From the human T2T-CHM13v2.0 reference genome, Homo sapiens: a DNA stretch of 64,000 nt. Made by a program: the position numbers and the translations under genes. This document shows positions 34,060 to 49,612 of the stretch, in pieces. Below the pieces are notes generated by a model that made no database searches, was not told where the DNA came from, and saw nothing but the letters and a program-made list of their open reading frames with translations. The stretch is from the NCBI RefSeq assembly GCF_009914755.1, contig NC_060926.1. One strand, 5' to 3'. Each line of letters starts with the position of its first letter. Within the stretch, counting starts at the first letter, position 1.

Positions 34060-35740
34060 GAACAGCTTTTCTGAGATGTAATTCATATGCCACAAAATTC
34101 ATACATTTGAAGTATACAATAGTTTTTATTAGTCACATATGTACAACCATCACCATAATTAATTTTAGAACATTTTCACTGCCCTCCTGCCACCAAACGA
34201 AAAAAAAAAAAGAAAACTTACCCGTTAGCAGTCACTGCTCTCCTTGCACCTCTACCCTTCTCCAGCCCTAGAGGATCACATATTGTATGATTCCATTTAT
34301 GATACGTCCAGAGTAGGCAAATCTATAGACAGAAAATAAACTAGTTGCCTGGACGTCTCATATAAATAGAATCATACAATATGCGATCTTTTGAAACTGG
34401 CTTTTCACTTAGCATAATGTTTGCAAAGTTCATCCATGCTGCAGCATGTATCAATACTTCATTCCTTCCTATAGATGAATAATAGCTCACTGTATAGCCA
34501 TACCACATGGATATACCACATTTTATTTATCCATTCATCTGTTGACAGACGTAGATTGTTCCCACTTTTTGGCTATTACAAATAATGTTGCTATAAACAT
34601 TCTTGTACAAGTTTTTGTTTAGATGTATGTTTTCATTTCTCTTAGGTATATCCTTGTTATGGACTACATGTTTGTGCTTCCTCCCCCACCCCAATATTGG
34701 TATTTTGAAGTCCTAATCCCTAATGTGATAATCGAAGATGGAGACCTTGGAAGGTAATTAGGTTTAGATTAAGTCATGAGGTTAGGACCCTCATAATGGG
34801 ATTAGTGTCCTTAAAAGAACAAAGGCCAGAGCTTGCTCTCTCTTCCTGCCATGTGAGCACACAGCAACATGGCCATCTGAGAGTCAAAAAGAGGCCCCTT
34901 ATCAGGAGCTGGAAACTTGATATTGGAATTCTCTGCCTCTAAAATTATGAGAATAAAGGTCTGTGTTTAAGCCACTTAGTCTATGGCATTTTGTTATAGC
35001 AGCTCGAGCTAAGACAATGCCTAAGAGTGGAACTGCAGGGTCACATGGTAACTCTATGTTTAGCCTTTTGAGGAACTGCCAGACTATTTTCCAAAGCAGA
35101 TACAGCATTTTACAATCCCACCAACAGTCTATGCGGGTTCCACTTTCTCTACATCCTCATCAATGCTTGTTATCATCTCTTTTTTAAATTATAGTCATCC
35201 TATGGGATGTGAAGTGCTTCCTCACTGTGATTTTGATTTGCATTTCTGTAAAGGCTTTTGATGTTGAGCACTTTTTAATGTGCTCATTGTTCATGTGTAT
35301 ATCTTCTTTGGAAAAATGTCTATTCAGATTCTTTGTCCAATTGTAAAATGTGGTTATGTCCTTTTATTAGTGAGTTGTACAAGTTCTTTATATATACTAG
35401 ACAAAAGTCCCTTATCAGACATAGGATTTGCAAATACCCCATTTTTCAGGCTTTTTCAATTTCTTAATGGCATCCTTTCACATACAATAGTTTTAAATTT
35501 TGATGAAGTCCAATTTATCTTTTGTTTCCCTTTGTGGCTTGTACTTTGGAAGTCATAACTAACCATTGGTTAACCCAAGATCACAATGACTGACATCTAT
35601 GTTTTCTTCCAAGAATTTTATAGTTTTAGCTCTTATATTTAAGTCTTTTATTTATTTTGAGCTAGCTTTTGTATATGGCATAAGGTAGTGAATCTAATTT
35701 CATTCTCTTGCATGTACATGTCCAGTTATACCAGTATAAC
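34060..35740 (-). mobile_element. L1MB-type 3' fragment with a nested MST LTR
   Basis: L1 3'UTR and ORF2-end similarity (WKIVWQFLKRLNIELP). Confidence 0.75.
34655..35016 (+). mobile_element. Solo MaLR LTR (MST family, MSTD-like)
   Basis: TGTTATGGACT...TTGTTATAGCAGC...CTAAGACA termini. Confidence 0.8.
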
Positions 35741-35759
35741 AGACATCTCCCCTCAACGC

Positions 35760-36560
35760 CTTGGAAGGAGAAGGTTATATTCTAAATATTAGATTTGGTA
35801 AAAACAGTAAATTATTATTCAGAACATATAAAAGAACTCCTAAAAATCAATAAGAAAAAGACAAACAACCCTACAGAAAAACTGGACAAAGGACATCGAC
35901 AGGCATTGCACTGAAGGGGAAAAGTAAATGGCTTGTAAACATGGGAAAAAATAATTGTATTAGTAATCAGAAAAATGTAAGATGAAACCACAATGAGATA
36001 TCGTTTTATATTATATAAATTTTTAAAATCTGACAATAGCAAATTATGGTGATGATGTGATGCAATACAAGTCTCGGAATTTGTTGGTGAGAGTGTAATT
36101 TAAAAGCCTACTTGGCATCATCTCATAAAGTTCAAGATGCACATACTTTGTGACCAGGTTATTCCATTTGTTTACCATAAACTCTTAGACATGTGCATTA
36201 GAAGATATTAATATACAGGCTAAGTACTCCTTATCTGAAATGCTTGGGACCATAAGCGTTTCAGATTTTATATTTTTTCAGATTTTGGAATATCTGCATC
36301 ATACTTTGAACACCCCAAATGTGAAAATCCAAAATCCAAAATGCTCCAATGTGCATTTCCTTTGAGTGTCATGTTGGTACTCAAAAAGCTTTGGATTTTG
36401 GACCATTTCAGGTGTTGGATTACGGATGCTCAACCTATATGTAAAAGATCTACATAAGAATGTTTACACTGGCATTATTTATTTAGGAGAAAAAGTCCAT
36501 CAACAGGAGAACGGATTCATAAATTGTGGTAAATCTGTACAATATATACAGTAAGTACTA
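35760..36560 (+). mobile_element. Old L1M(E) fragment with a nested Tigger4a
   Basis: Degenerate ORF2 end (gaaaccacaatgagatatc). Confidence 0.55.
36216..36437 (-). mobile_element. Tigger4a (MER46A-type) MITE
   Basis: ta-caggctaagtactcc...ggatgctcaaccta-ta; TA target duplication. Confidence 0.75.
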
Positions 36561-37733
36561 CTGAGAAAATTCAGTATCATGTAAAACTGAATAATATATA
36601 ATAATATATACACCAGAGGCAATATTATTAAAAAAAAGAAGATAAAAATTAATATAAAATACAGCCAGGATAAAGGAAAGGCTTCAAAGATATGAGTGTT
36701 ATTGTATGACTTAAGGTAAGTGTGATCACCTAGCTTGTGAATAAAACTTGTGAACTTTTTACATATTATTTATATATATTACATGTATATATATATATAT
36801 GTTTTTTAAGCCGTCTATATTTAAACATTCTTTGTATGTTTGAAATATCTCATAAAGTCCTAAAATGTCTTGAATTGAAAGCCTTTATGTGAAGCATGCA
36901 TTCCCTATTCACCTCAATTGCAGTCCTCTTCCCACTGTCTCAATAGGGTCTCCTTTGAAATCCAGCTATGAAGCAATTCAAGTAGGCAAGCATCATCCTC
37001 CATGGTACTGTCACCTCTCTATCTCCAGATCTCTGGCCATATTCCCACCAGAACTACCCATGGCCTCCTCTTTTTCTCCCATTACTAGTTCTCTTTTTCA
37101 TGGCTGTTTCTACCATCCTGGAAATAATAATTTTTAACTCTCTTTCTATATCTGATCTCCCTTTTCCTATTAAAAAAAAATCCTTATCTGTCCTTATTTC
37201 TAGTACAATTCTAAAATGAAGACTGACTAGCATAAAATTAAGTACATGAATCCCCAATAAATATTTGTTGAAAATCACTAGATCTGAATAATCTCAGACC
37301 CTAGGTTTTGGAACTGGCTATTTGGGAAGAGTAAAAGGCAGGGGTATGACAGTTAATTAAAACATAAACCCTGACAGAAAAAGGAACTCCACCTATATAG
37401 AAACAATAAAGATGGTCTGTCTCTAGTCACAGTATAATTTATGTAGGGAAAAAAGCACACTTTTGGTGGAGAAAGAGGTCATTCTCATTTCAAAAGAGCT
37501 TTATTAATAAATATTTGTATATGTACTTATTCAACATAAATCCACTGTTTAGAAAAAAGTATTATAGCTGACTAAAATGTTCATTTGCATAATGAGAACC
37601 CATGGTGCTCTTATATGCTGATAAACTTTTAAATAAAAAACCACAAAATATATGTTTAACCATTAGATATTCTAACCAAATGAATACTGAGACTAAGCTA
37701 TTCGTTTTGATAAGAGCAAACATCAATACAAAC

Positions 37734-37944
37734 CCATTAATGTGTTCCTTTCCACCACAGCAGCAGGCCTATCTCCATTATCACATGCAACTTGCTGAGT
37801 TAAGTAGGCAGACAAGGATGACGGTAGAGCATCCTGCCAGATTAAGAAGTTCAGCAGGTAGGAAGCTGTCACACAGTCGTATGGTTTGGTGCTTGTGCTG
37901 AGCTCCAATGCTGCCTGAAATAAGCCTTGCAGTTTCCCCGAATC
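37734..37944 (-). CDS. THADA: THADA coding exon (~17), 211 nt, DSGKLQGL...ERNTLM
   Basis: Acceptor ttctag, weak donor G|gtttgt; ORF 37723..37908. Confidence 0.93.
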
Positions 37945-38030
37945 CTAGAATAAAGCGCAGACTCAGTAACTGTCAAATTAAAGATCTCTTTAATTTAAAA
38001 AAATAGTAAATTTTTTAAAACACAGCCTGG

Positions 38031-38510
38031 AGCTGAGTACAGTGGGCTCGAGCCTAGAGTCCCAGCTACTCAAGAGGCTGATGGAGGAGGATTACTTGAG
38101 GCCAGGAGCTCAAGATCAGCCAAGACAACATAGTGAGACCCCATCTCAAAAAAACAACAACAAAAAACACAGGCTTGGTGCAGTGGCTCATATCTGTAAC
38201 CCCATCACTTTGGAAGGCCAAGATGGGAGGATCACTTGAGGTTAGGAGTCTTGAGACCAGCCTGGGCAACACGGTGAGACAAAAAACTTACTCTACAAAA
38301 ACTCTACGAAAAACCTTAAAAATTAGCTGGGTGTAATGGTGCACACCTGTAGTCCCAGCCATTCAAGAGGCTGAGAGGTGAGGATCACTCGAGCTCAGGA
38401 GTTCATGGCTGCAGTGAGCAGTGATTGCACCACTGTGCTCCAGCCTAGGCAATAGAGTGAGACCCTGTCTCTATTAAAAGAAAAAAAACAAAACAAAACA
38501 AAACAACACA
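38031..38510 (+). mobile_element. FLAM with an AluJ nested in its tail
   Basis: Three arms enclosed by the direct repeat aacacagcctgg. Confidence 0.8.
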
Positions 38511-39756
38511 GCCTGGCATATAATTGTAAGTCAATATAAACATTAGTTTCCTCTCTCCCTGAATATAGGTGAGTTTTTTATTACAGTAATTAATGATTAT
38601 TAATCAGCTGGAAATAATTTCAATTGGGAAATTCAACACTGATAAAACCTTTTTTTAAAACTGCTTCTTTCTTCAGCAAAAGTGTACTTTGTCCTGTAGA
38701 ATTTTGCTATGACTACAGCCAGACTATCTTTACTATTTCTAGACAGGGCAGTTCATAGTCTCTCAGGGCTTATGTTTCACCTGGGCATCATATGGCTGCC
38801 CTTCTCCCTTCCTCCTTCCTATACAGGTAGTTCACTGGAGAAAACTGCAAATCCCCTGGGAGGCTGTACCTGGTGAAACTTTGTGTGTGTGGAAAACAAA
38901 GTGATCAATTCAGCCTCAGAAATTATGCATCAGAGCTCCCACACCTATATCTCACAGAAACATCCACTCACATCGCCTGTCCTAAAGAAGACAGAACAAA
39001 GGACAGTTTGCTGTTGTAGTCATGGAAAGGCACTGGGCTGACAACAGAAGACATAAGTCCTAGTCCCAACTTCAACAACTGGCAAGCTGTGTGTTCATAA
39101 GTCTGGAAGTCAGGGTTTGGCTGCTCAATAATATTCTGATTCTACTAGGATTATTCCCTATCTTGTGTTAGGAAAAAATAATTATACACTCAATTTTGAA
39201 GTTGATTATAGGTCTACAAATATTTGATGATGTTTTATAATTTCACAACAGTGGATATCAAATGTGCTGATTTAAATATCTGTTTATTTCAATTTAAATT
39301 CTTTACCATTTGATAAGTTTATTTTCTATGACCTAAATAAAAAACTTAAAAGTAGTGGCCAAAGTTCAAGTTTAAATAAGTATTAGAAAGAACCAATTAA
39401 GCATCTAAACCATTTTTTAACTGACAGTTAAGTCCCAGAACTGTTTTATTAATCATTAGTAAGAAAGATAATAAATAGCCTTTGAAGTCTAAAATGTCTT
39501 TGTTCCGTCATCTTAGGTCAATCGAAGTATAATATGACAAAAGACCTAGGATATGCAGCTCCAAAGAAGGAGAGTAACCTAGGTGAGTAGGATAGTCAAG
39601 CTATTTATGAGAAAAATATGCCGTCAACAATACGTATGTACACGTCCTTAGAGAGATCAGGTTAGCATTCAAAAACTGCTGTACACTTAACTGTATTAAA
39701 AATTAATTATATATTATATAAGGGACACCCAAAGAAAGACTTTGGAAATATAATAT

Positions 39757-40190
39757 TGTGATGGTTAATACTGAGTGTCAGCTTGATTGGATTGAAGGAT
39801 GCAAAGTATTGTTCCTGTGTGTGTCTGTGAGGGTGTTGCCAAAGGAGATTAATATTTCAATCAGTGGACTGGGAAAGGCAGATCCATCCTCCACCTGGGT
39901 AAACACAATCTAATCAGATGCCAGTGCAGCAAGAATAAAAGCAGGAAGAAGAACATGGAAAGATTAGACTGGTTTAGTCTTCTGGCCTACTTCTCCCATG
40001 CTGGATGCTTCCTGCGCTGGAACATCAGACTCTTGCAAGTTCTTCAGCTTTAGCTTCCTTGCTCCTCAGCTTGCAGAGGGCTATTGTGGGGCCTCAGCTT
40101 GTGATCGTGTGAGTCAATACTCCTTAATAAACTCTCCTTTATATATACATCTATCCTATTAGTTCTGTCCCTCTAGAAAACCCTAATACA
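39757..40190 (+). mobile_element. Solo LTR MLT2A1 (ERVL)
   Basis: TGTGATGGTTAATACTGAGTGTCA...CCCTAATACA, 434 bp, perfect 5-bp TSD AATAT. Confidence 0.88.
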
Positions 40191-41622
40191 AATATATAAT
40201 TAATATTTTTAAATCTTGAATGCCTATTCCTTTAACTATTTTACTAATCTGCAAGCCAGAGAGTATAATCAAAATCCTATAGCAAACCACATGTGGTACT
40301 AAATTTCTTGAATTCTATGGCTAGTGTCAATATACCAAGCACGGGTTTATCAAATTTAGAGATGCAGAGGTCCCCTGAGCCCCTTAGTGATGTAAGGGCC
40401 AGGTCTTTCACATTTATGCCATAATATGCCTTCTCCATCCAGGTACTCTCAAAATATTTGCCAAGAATGGGGCATCGCTATTGACACAATATGAGGTGAC
40501 ATGTGATGAATGATAAGGTGAGGAGTGGCAGACAGAGGAAGAGAAAATCTCCTCTTTAAAAACTGTGTATGGTAACAAAAGTTAGCAGCCTGAGCACCAG
40601 GGAACTTTCTGCTCACAAGGGCACCTGAAAAATCATAGGCATCGGTAGATGCTGTACAGCAACTTCCAATATGGACCCAAGTCAAAAAAGATTGATGTTC
40701 TGAGAGATACAGATAGATAGATGTTCTACATAGCCATCTAGAAGCCACAGAAACAGACACTATCCTCTCTGGCATGTGATCCTACAGAATCCACTGCATC
40801 TACAAGCTACCATGCCCTAAACACAGCTGAACAACCACAGCCTAGACCATGGCTCAGCTGCAGCAGAAACCCTCGGCCTTTATAGAGCTCTAATAGAAAG
40901 CCATAGCTAAGCTCCAGAACCAGTACTCTGCTGGTGACCCAACAGCCCTAGGAGAAGCCTCAAGGGCAGAGCTAAGAGCCAGGGTCTGGAAGTCCCCTGC
41001 AGACTCATCCCCACACAATGTGTTCACTTCCAACCCCACCTTTAATTCCTACCCCAAAGTGGGAAGAGCAATGTGTCAGGAAGAATGGAGGGGCTGGGGA
41101 TGAGGTAGAGCACTAGGAACTGTTGTTAACCTCAAGTACTCGGTAAGTTTCAGTCTCAGTTTAGCTATTGCTGGTTCAAAAACCAGAAACATCCTCTCTA
41201 CCTCATTTACACTCAGTTTCTCAAGTGTATGAAAAAGGGAGATTATCTCGAAAAATGCAAGTTACTGTAAGTGATGTGTTCTGATCGAATATTACATGTC
41301 CAAGGGAACAGGGGAAACCACAGTTAACTAAAATCTACCAATAATCTTGTAAACAATAAAACCTACCACCTCCTACACCTCCCTTTTTATCAAAGCAATA
41401 AAAACAGCAAAGCTCACTGATTTGTGCCTTATTTACTTTTTGATATTTCCTCCTTTCCCACTAACCCCAAAATAGTAGAGAGGTGTTAATGATAACTGAA
41501 AGAAACAGTCCAAAAACATGAGCAGGCAGATGCAAAGCACATGAATAATCCTCAGATTGCTTTATCTGCTGATAGAAAGTTTCCATGCATATACCACATT
41601 TATACTAGAAAAGTCCTGATAC

Positions 41623-41774
41623 CTGAAAATGTACAGCTGTTTTTGATAACTTCATCAGAAGATCAAATGCTAAAATTTTCACGTCTTCAAAAGTGCTGGT
41701 AAAACATTCCATTAGTGTTTGGAAACGACCAACATCAATATCATGACTCAGCTGATATACTGTATAAATTCTGC
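41623..41774 (-). CDS. THADA: THADA coding exon (~16), 152 nt, GRIYTVYQ...TAVHFQ
   Basis: Acceptor ttttag, donor CAG|gtatca; translated by hand, phase consistent. Confidence 0.93.
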
Positions 41775-42123
41775 CTAAAAATATTTTAAAAACAAAAAGA
41801 TTTAAAAGTGAACAAAAAGAAATCAGTCTTCTGAAGTTATTTGACCAAATTTATAGAAAATAAGTACCAAAAAACCACACTTCATACTTTACCCATGATA
41901 GCTAAAACAGTAACTTTTCCATTAATTTATTTCTTAAAATGACAAAATAAGTACTACAGTTCTCCAAATTAAAAAAGATTTTTAAACCATTCCATTATCT
42001 TTTGAAAGATACTATATAAAAGATTTCTAAGTTATTGTTAAAAATAAACAAAAACAAGTAAATTTAGAAACACATCTTTTTAAAAATCCTAATAAAACTT
42101 CTTGACCTAGAATACAAAGTTCT

Positions 42124-42428
42124 GGCCAGGCTCAGCGGCTCACACCTGTAATCCCAGCACTTTGGGAGGCTGAGGTGGGTGGATCACCTGAGGTCAAGAG
42201 TTTGAGACCAGTCTGGCCAACAAAGTAAAACCCCTTCTCTACTAAAAACACAAAAATTAGCCAGGCATAGTGGCACACGACTGTAATCCCAGCTACTTGG
42301 GAGGCTGAGGCAGCAGAATCGCTCGAGGCCAGGAGACGGAGATTGCAGTGAGCTGAGCTCATGTCAGTGCACTCCAGCCTGCGCAACAGAGTGAGACTTG
42401 GTCTCAAAAAAAAAAAAAAAAAAAAAAG
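42124..42428 (+). mobile_element. Alu (AluS)
   Basis: TSD caaagt(t/c)ct. Confidence 0.92.
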
Positions 42429-42434
42429 CAAAGT

Positions 42435-42900
42435 CCTACCATATCTTAGAGTGAACTGACATAGAATGATCAGTATGATGACATATCCTGATAGACTTAC
42501 TGGGAGTCAAAGATAAAGAAGGAATCTTTTGGCCCTTCAGGGAAAAGCTCAATTCATCTACAAAATGGAAAAAATTAGACTGGCTTCACTCATCCCTATA
42601 ACAACATGTAGTGCTAAAAGATAATGGAGCAATGCTTACAAAATCCTCAGGGAATGAAGGTGTGAAGAACTTTGCCTATCAAACTCTTATTCAAGTGTAA
42701 GAACAATAGAAACATTTTATAATATGCAAGAAATTAAGAACTACTTATCTCCAGAAACTCTTAGAGAAAAAGGAATTTCAGCCAACCAAGGGATGAAAAG
42801 AAAAATTATCCCAAAGAATGATGGTAATCACTGACTCCACTTAACTCTAGGATGAAAACTCAAGAACTGTGGAAAAACAGGTTTCATGGCAAAATGTGAA
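42435..42900 (+). mobile_element. HAL1 or L1 ORF1-like relic
   Basis: Degenerate similarity to the ORF1 C-terminal region (aaaattagactggcttca...aatggagcaatgc). Confidence 0.45.
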
Positions 42901-43109
42901 GAACATTTAAAAACATTTCACAAGTGAACTCCTAATGAAAACTGAAAACATTATTATGCTTAGTTAATTTGAGGAATATAAATTGGGATACAAACTTCTC
43001 ATTTAATTTTAATTTACAAGTTAGAACAACCCTATGAAATTCCTAGAGCCGACACCTGAGGTTTTTGTTACTTCCTTAACAACTCTGCTCAGATTTGCTT
43101 CTTGTTTTC

Positions 43110-44715
<1,606 letters not shown>

Positions 44716-45611
44716 TTCAAATGTGAAGCCCTTTATGACACCACTGTATGAAGCCACTAACACTCTCCAGCCTCCTAGGTCTTCTATATATCCCCCTTAT
44801 CTTCTTGAAATACTTTTCACAGAACTTATCTACATCTTGTACATAAATAATCTACATAATCTTGTATCTACATAATGTACTAATATACACAAATTCTATG
44901 TATTACTTGTTCATTACTATCTCCCTTCACTGAAACATAAGCTCCAAAGGAAGAAGCACCTTGTTTGGGACTGTGAATATCCTCGGCTGCTTGACATATA
45001 ATAAGCACGAAATTAATATTTGCTGAACAAATCCTTTTAATCTAATTGTAGATTTTTTTTTACCATCAATATTGTGGCATTTGATTCCACATAAGAAAGA
45101 TGCATGCAACTTATTCTTCCTGGTCTAGGAAAGGCAGAAACCATTTGACTAATCTCAAATCAGTCCTACCACTGAAGTTCTTGAGATGATAATGAAGGAT
45201 GAATTTACATCTCCCATCCTGTACTTCATAGTCAAGGTTCTTAAGCCTCCTTTAAAAGTAATGCCTGCAGTATGGCTTGCTCCATTTGCATTACCTCCCA
45301 GTTGTCTAACATAATTACGATGGCATTAAGTCACTGCCCAATTACATGCAACTCATTCATTAGAAAGATGACTCAGGGTTTTCATTTTTAAAGTACATTT
45401 AAATGTATTAAATTACTCTCTTGACTGAAAAATTATAGGTACGCTTCAGCCTAGTTTTATTTCCCACACACTTAGATGCAGCTACAACTGCTTTAAATGT
45501 GCAGAAAACTTTTTGTTATATGGTTGAAGTAATCAATCACTCTAAGGTAAAAACTTATTTTCTAAATTAAGTTGAAGTACTATTGAAATTCTATGAACTG
45601 ATGGGAGACTC

Positions 45612-46062
45612 CTGCATTCACTGGATGCTGTAACAAATTACCACATACTTGGTGCTTAAAACCACAGAAACCTATTCTCTCATAGTTCTGGAAGCCAGAA
45701 GTTCAAAATCAAGGTGTCAGTAGGGCCATGCACTCCAGAGGCTCTAAAATCTGTTCCTTGCCTCTTCCAGCTTCTAGCAGCTGCAGGCATTCCATGGCCT
45801 GTAGCCATCTCATGCCAATCTCTACCTACGCTGTCGCACTGCCTCCTCTTTCTTTTGTTTGTCAAATCTCTCTCTGCCTCTGTCTTGTAAGGATACTTGT
45901 GATGACATTTTTGATCCATCAAGATAATCTAGAATTATCTCACCTCAAGATCCTAAACTTAAGAATATCTGCAAGGACCCTTCTTCCATGTAAGGTTTGC
46001 ATTCACAGCTTCTAAAGATTTGATGTGGATGTGTTTTAGAGACCATTTTTCAGCCTGCCATC
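45612..46062 (-). mobile_element. MaLR LTR (MLT1C-like)
   Basis: gctgtaacaaattaccaca...ttctctcatagttctggaagccagaagt. Confidence 0.75.
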
Positions 46063-46543
46063 CCCACGTGAATAAGGTGATCATATTTCCTATTATAAAA
46101 ACTGGAACAAGCCAGTATCATCAATACTCTAATAGGATGCCCTGTGAAGAACACCATTATCACCTATGCAACATTCCTGCAAAAATGTACAGCATGAATC
46201 AAATCATCAGGAAACAATGAGACAAACCCTGAGACATATTCTTCCAAAATGTTAATATCATAAAATTAGAAACTTTCCAGATTAAAGGAAGCTAAAAAGA
46301 GGCATAATAACAAAACGCAATGCGTGATCTAGGATTGCTTCCCAGATTGTAGGAAGCTTTTTGTTCTATAATATAAAAGGCCATTTGTTGGGACAATTGG
46401 CAAAATTTAAATATGGATTGCGTATTCAATTAAAGCATTGTATCAACATTCAATTTCCTGAATTTGATCATTGTGTTATGGTTATAGAATTAATAAAGGA
46501 CACAGATATAGCAAATATTGCAAAATATTAATAACTGATGAAT

Positions 46544-46838
46544 TGGCCAGGTGCGGTGGCTCACACCTGTAATCCCAGCACTTTGGGAGACTAAGCAAGG
46601 CGGACAACCTGAGGTCAGGAGTTCGAGACCAGCCTGACCAACATGGTGAAACCCCGTCTCTACTAAAAATACAAAAATTAACCTGGGCGTGGTGGCACGT
46701 GCCTGTAATCCCAGCTACTCAGGAGGCTGAGACAGGAGAACTGCTTGAACCCAGGAGGCAGAGGTCACGGTGATCATGCCACTGTACCCCAGCCTGGGCA
46801 ACAGAGCGAGACTCCGTCTCAAAAAAAAAAAAAAAAAA
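46544..46838 (+). mobile_element. Alu (AluS)
   Basis: TSD gatgaat. Confidence 0.9.
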
Positions 46839-47194
46839 GATGAATCTAGGTAGAGCATAAATAGCTATTCATTGAACCAGTCTTGAAACTTTGCTGCTGA
46901 TTTAAATTTTTTCAGAATAAAAACTTTTAAAAACTGATTTTCCCCAAATGAAGCAAGCCTCTTTTACATTAGCTAACTGTCCTCCTGTCAAAAAATTACA
47001 CTTTGCCCAATAATTTAAAATAAAAAAGAATCCAATGATAGTGTAAAGCTCCCTCATGCTTTGGCCATTCCCTGTGAAGGAGCAGCTGAGCAGGATATTT
47101 TCCTGTTTGACCACAGTCAACGAAGACAGCACAAGCAAGAAATCCCACATTCTAACACATATACACACATATACAGGGAAAAAAGAATCATTTC

Positions 47195-47538
<344 letters not shown>

Positions 47539-48086
47539 TCAAAGAGGGAACTGAAATTTGACCCTCTTGAGAACCACACAGAAGGAAAAACAAAGGGTAT
47601 TATTAAATCAGAATACTTGGAAATTACATCCTCATATTGTCTTTCCGAAACCAGACTGAGGCACATGAAACAGACGGCATGTAAAGGAAACCACATTTTA
47701 ACCACAGAGACTCACTGAGAAATATTAAATATAATAGAAGCTATTATTATTTCAAATTTTAAAACTTAAAGAACAGATTGGATACTATCTTAAAACAGCA
47801 ACAAACAAATTAGTGAGGTAATAGCTGGAACTCTTTCCATAATAAGCATAATCCATGAAAATTATACTTTGGGGTTGGCAAATAATGATCAATGAAAAGG
47901 GAGATAGTTTCTTCCTCTTCTGTCCTTTACTAGCAAATTTCATTATGTACAAGCAAGAATTATAAGGTAAGAATGAAACCTCAAAGAAAGGCAACAAAAC
48001 TGAAACTTCAAATAAAGCAAAATGTAGAATAAGTATGTTTTGAAAGAAAACAAAAATTACTTCCCCTAACATTATTAAACACTTAC

Positions 48087-48210
48087 CTTCTGGGACATGA
48101 AAAACTTCAGCTATTGAACCTAAAATGGTTAAAGCTGAAAATCTAGTCGAGTAGGAAGATCCAGGAAACAATGCTTCAAAAAGACTGTTACAAATGGATG
48201 ACATGAAATT
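48087..48210 (-). CDS. THADA: THADA coding exon (~15), 124 nt, NFMSSICN...VFHVPE
   Basis: Acceptor T16-aag, donor G|gtaagt; ORF 47785..48204. Confidence 0.95.
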
Positions 48211-48615
48211 CTTAAAAAAAAAAAAAAAATTACAGTAAGTATAATTACGTCACAATAGGTTATATTCAGAGTATTAAACACCCTTTAAGAGTGGGTGTTT
48301 TTGTTTTCAATTTAAAAATAAAACATTTCAAAAAATGATACTGGTTGTTCACTTTGCTTAATAATTCAGGTTAGCACCCTTGACCATAAGCTATATTATG
48401 ACTTTAATAAACCCTATATTTGCAGAGTCAACAAGAAGTACAATTTCTATTGTAGCCCAGACAGATACGTACACTTTTTTTTTTTTTTTAAGACAGAGTC
48501 TCGCTGGGTTCAACAGCCCTAGTCTTAACTGACTCTACCAAAGATCCCTGCATTCATTTCTCAGGTGAAGGACATGCAACCCTGGGGAATTATCCTTTAG
48601 GTCCCACAAGCCCTA

Positions 48616-49045
<430 letters not shown>

Positions 49046-49434
49046 TCATTCAAACCGTATTGTCATTTATATGGTTTAATATAGTTCTTGTTTCCTGCAA
49101 TCAGACTGTAGCCACAATATATGCAGGGACCACATTTCTATGGTTGGATCCCTAGTGCTGAGCACACTATCCTACATACATAGTAATGCTCAGTATATGC
49201 TCTAATCACTTTTAATGGTTCCCAGTGAAGCTTCCAAATCCGTTGGCCTATCACTGAAAGCTATCCATTTTCAACTTGATTCTTTGGATTCACTTCCCAT
49301 TACTCAAGTCCTCCATTCCCCAAGGTATTTTATGTCATTCACATCAGTGAATTCACCATTCCCTGAGTTCTCCCTGTACTTTCTTATCTCCAAGCCTTCA
49401 TTAAGCTACTACTGGGGGTGGGGGGGAGAAAATA

Positions 49435-49612
49435 CTGAGATTTTGGAGTCAAGAGCAGGTCTGGATTGGAGTTCTGACTCTACCACTTACTAGCTGAGGA
49501 ACCTTACACAGGTTATTGAACTTCACTGAGCTTCAGCTTTCTCACTTGTTAAGTGGGGATAAGAATGTTATCTCACAGCCTTTTTATTAAAGGTTAAATG
49601 AGAACATGGACA
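49435..49612 (+). mobile_element. MIR
   Basis: ctctaccacttactagctg...ctgagcttcagctttctca core. Confidence 0.7.

Noticed and set aside
32681-36437. Two same-orientation Tigger4a copies as a composite transposon around two exons
   Set aside because: The enclosed exons are ordinary in-phase THADA exons; independent MITE insertions, one nested in an L1 relic
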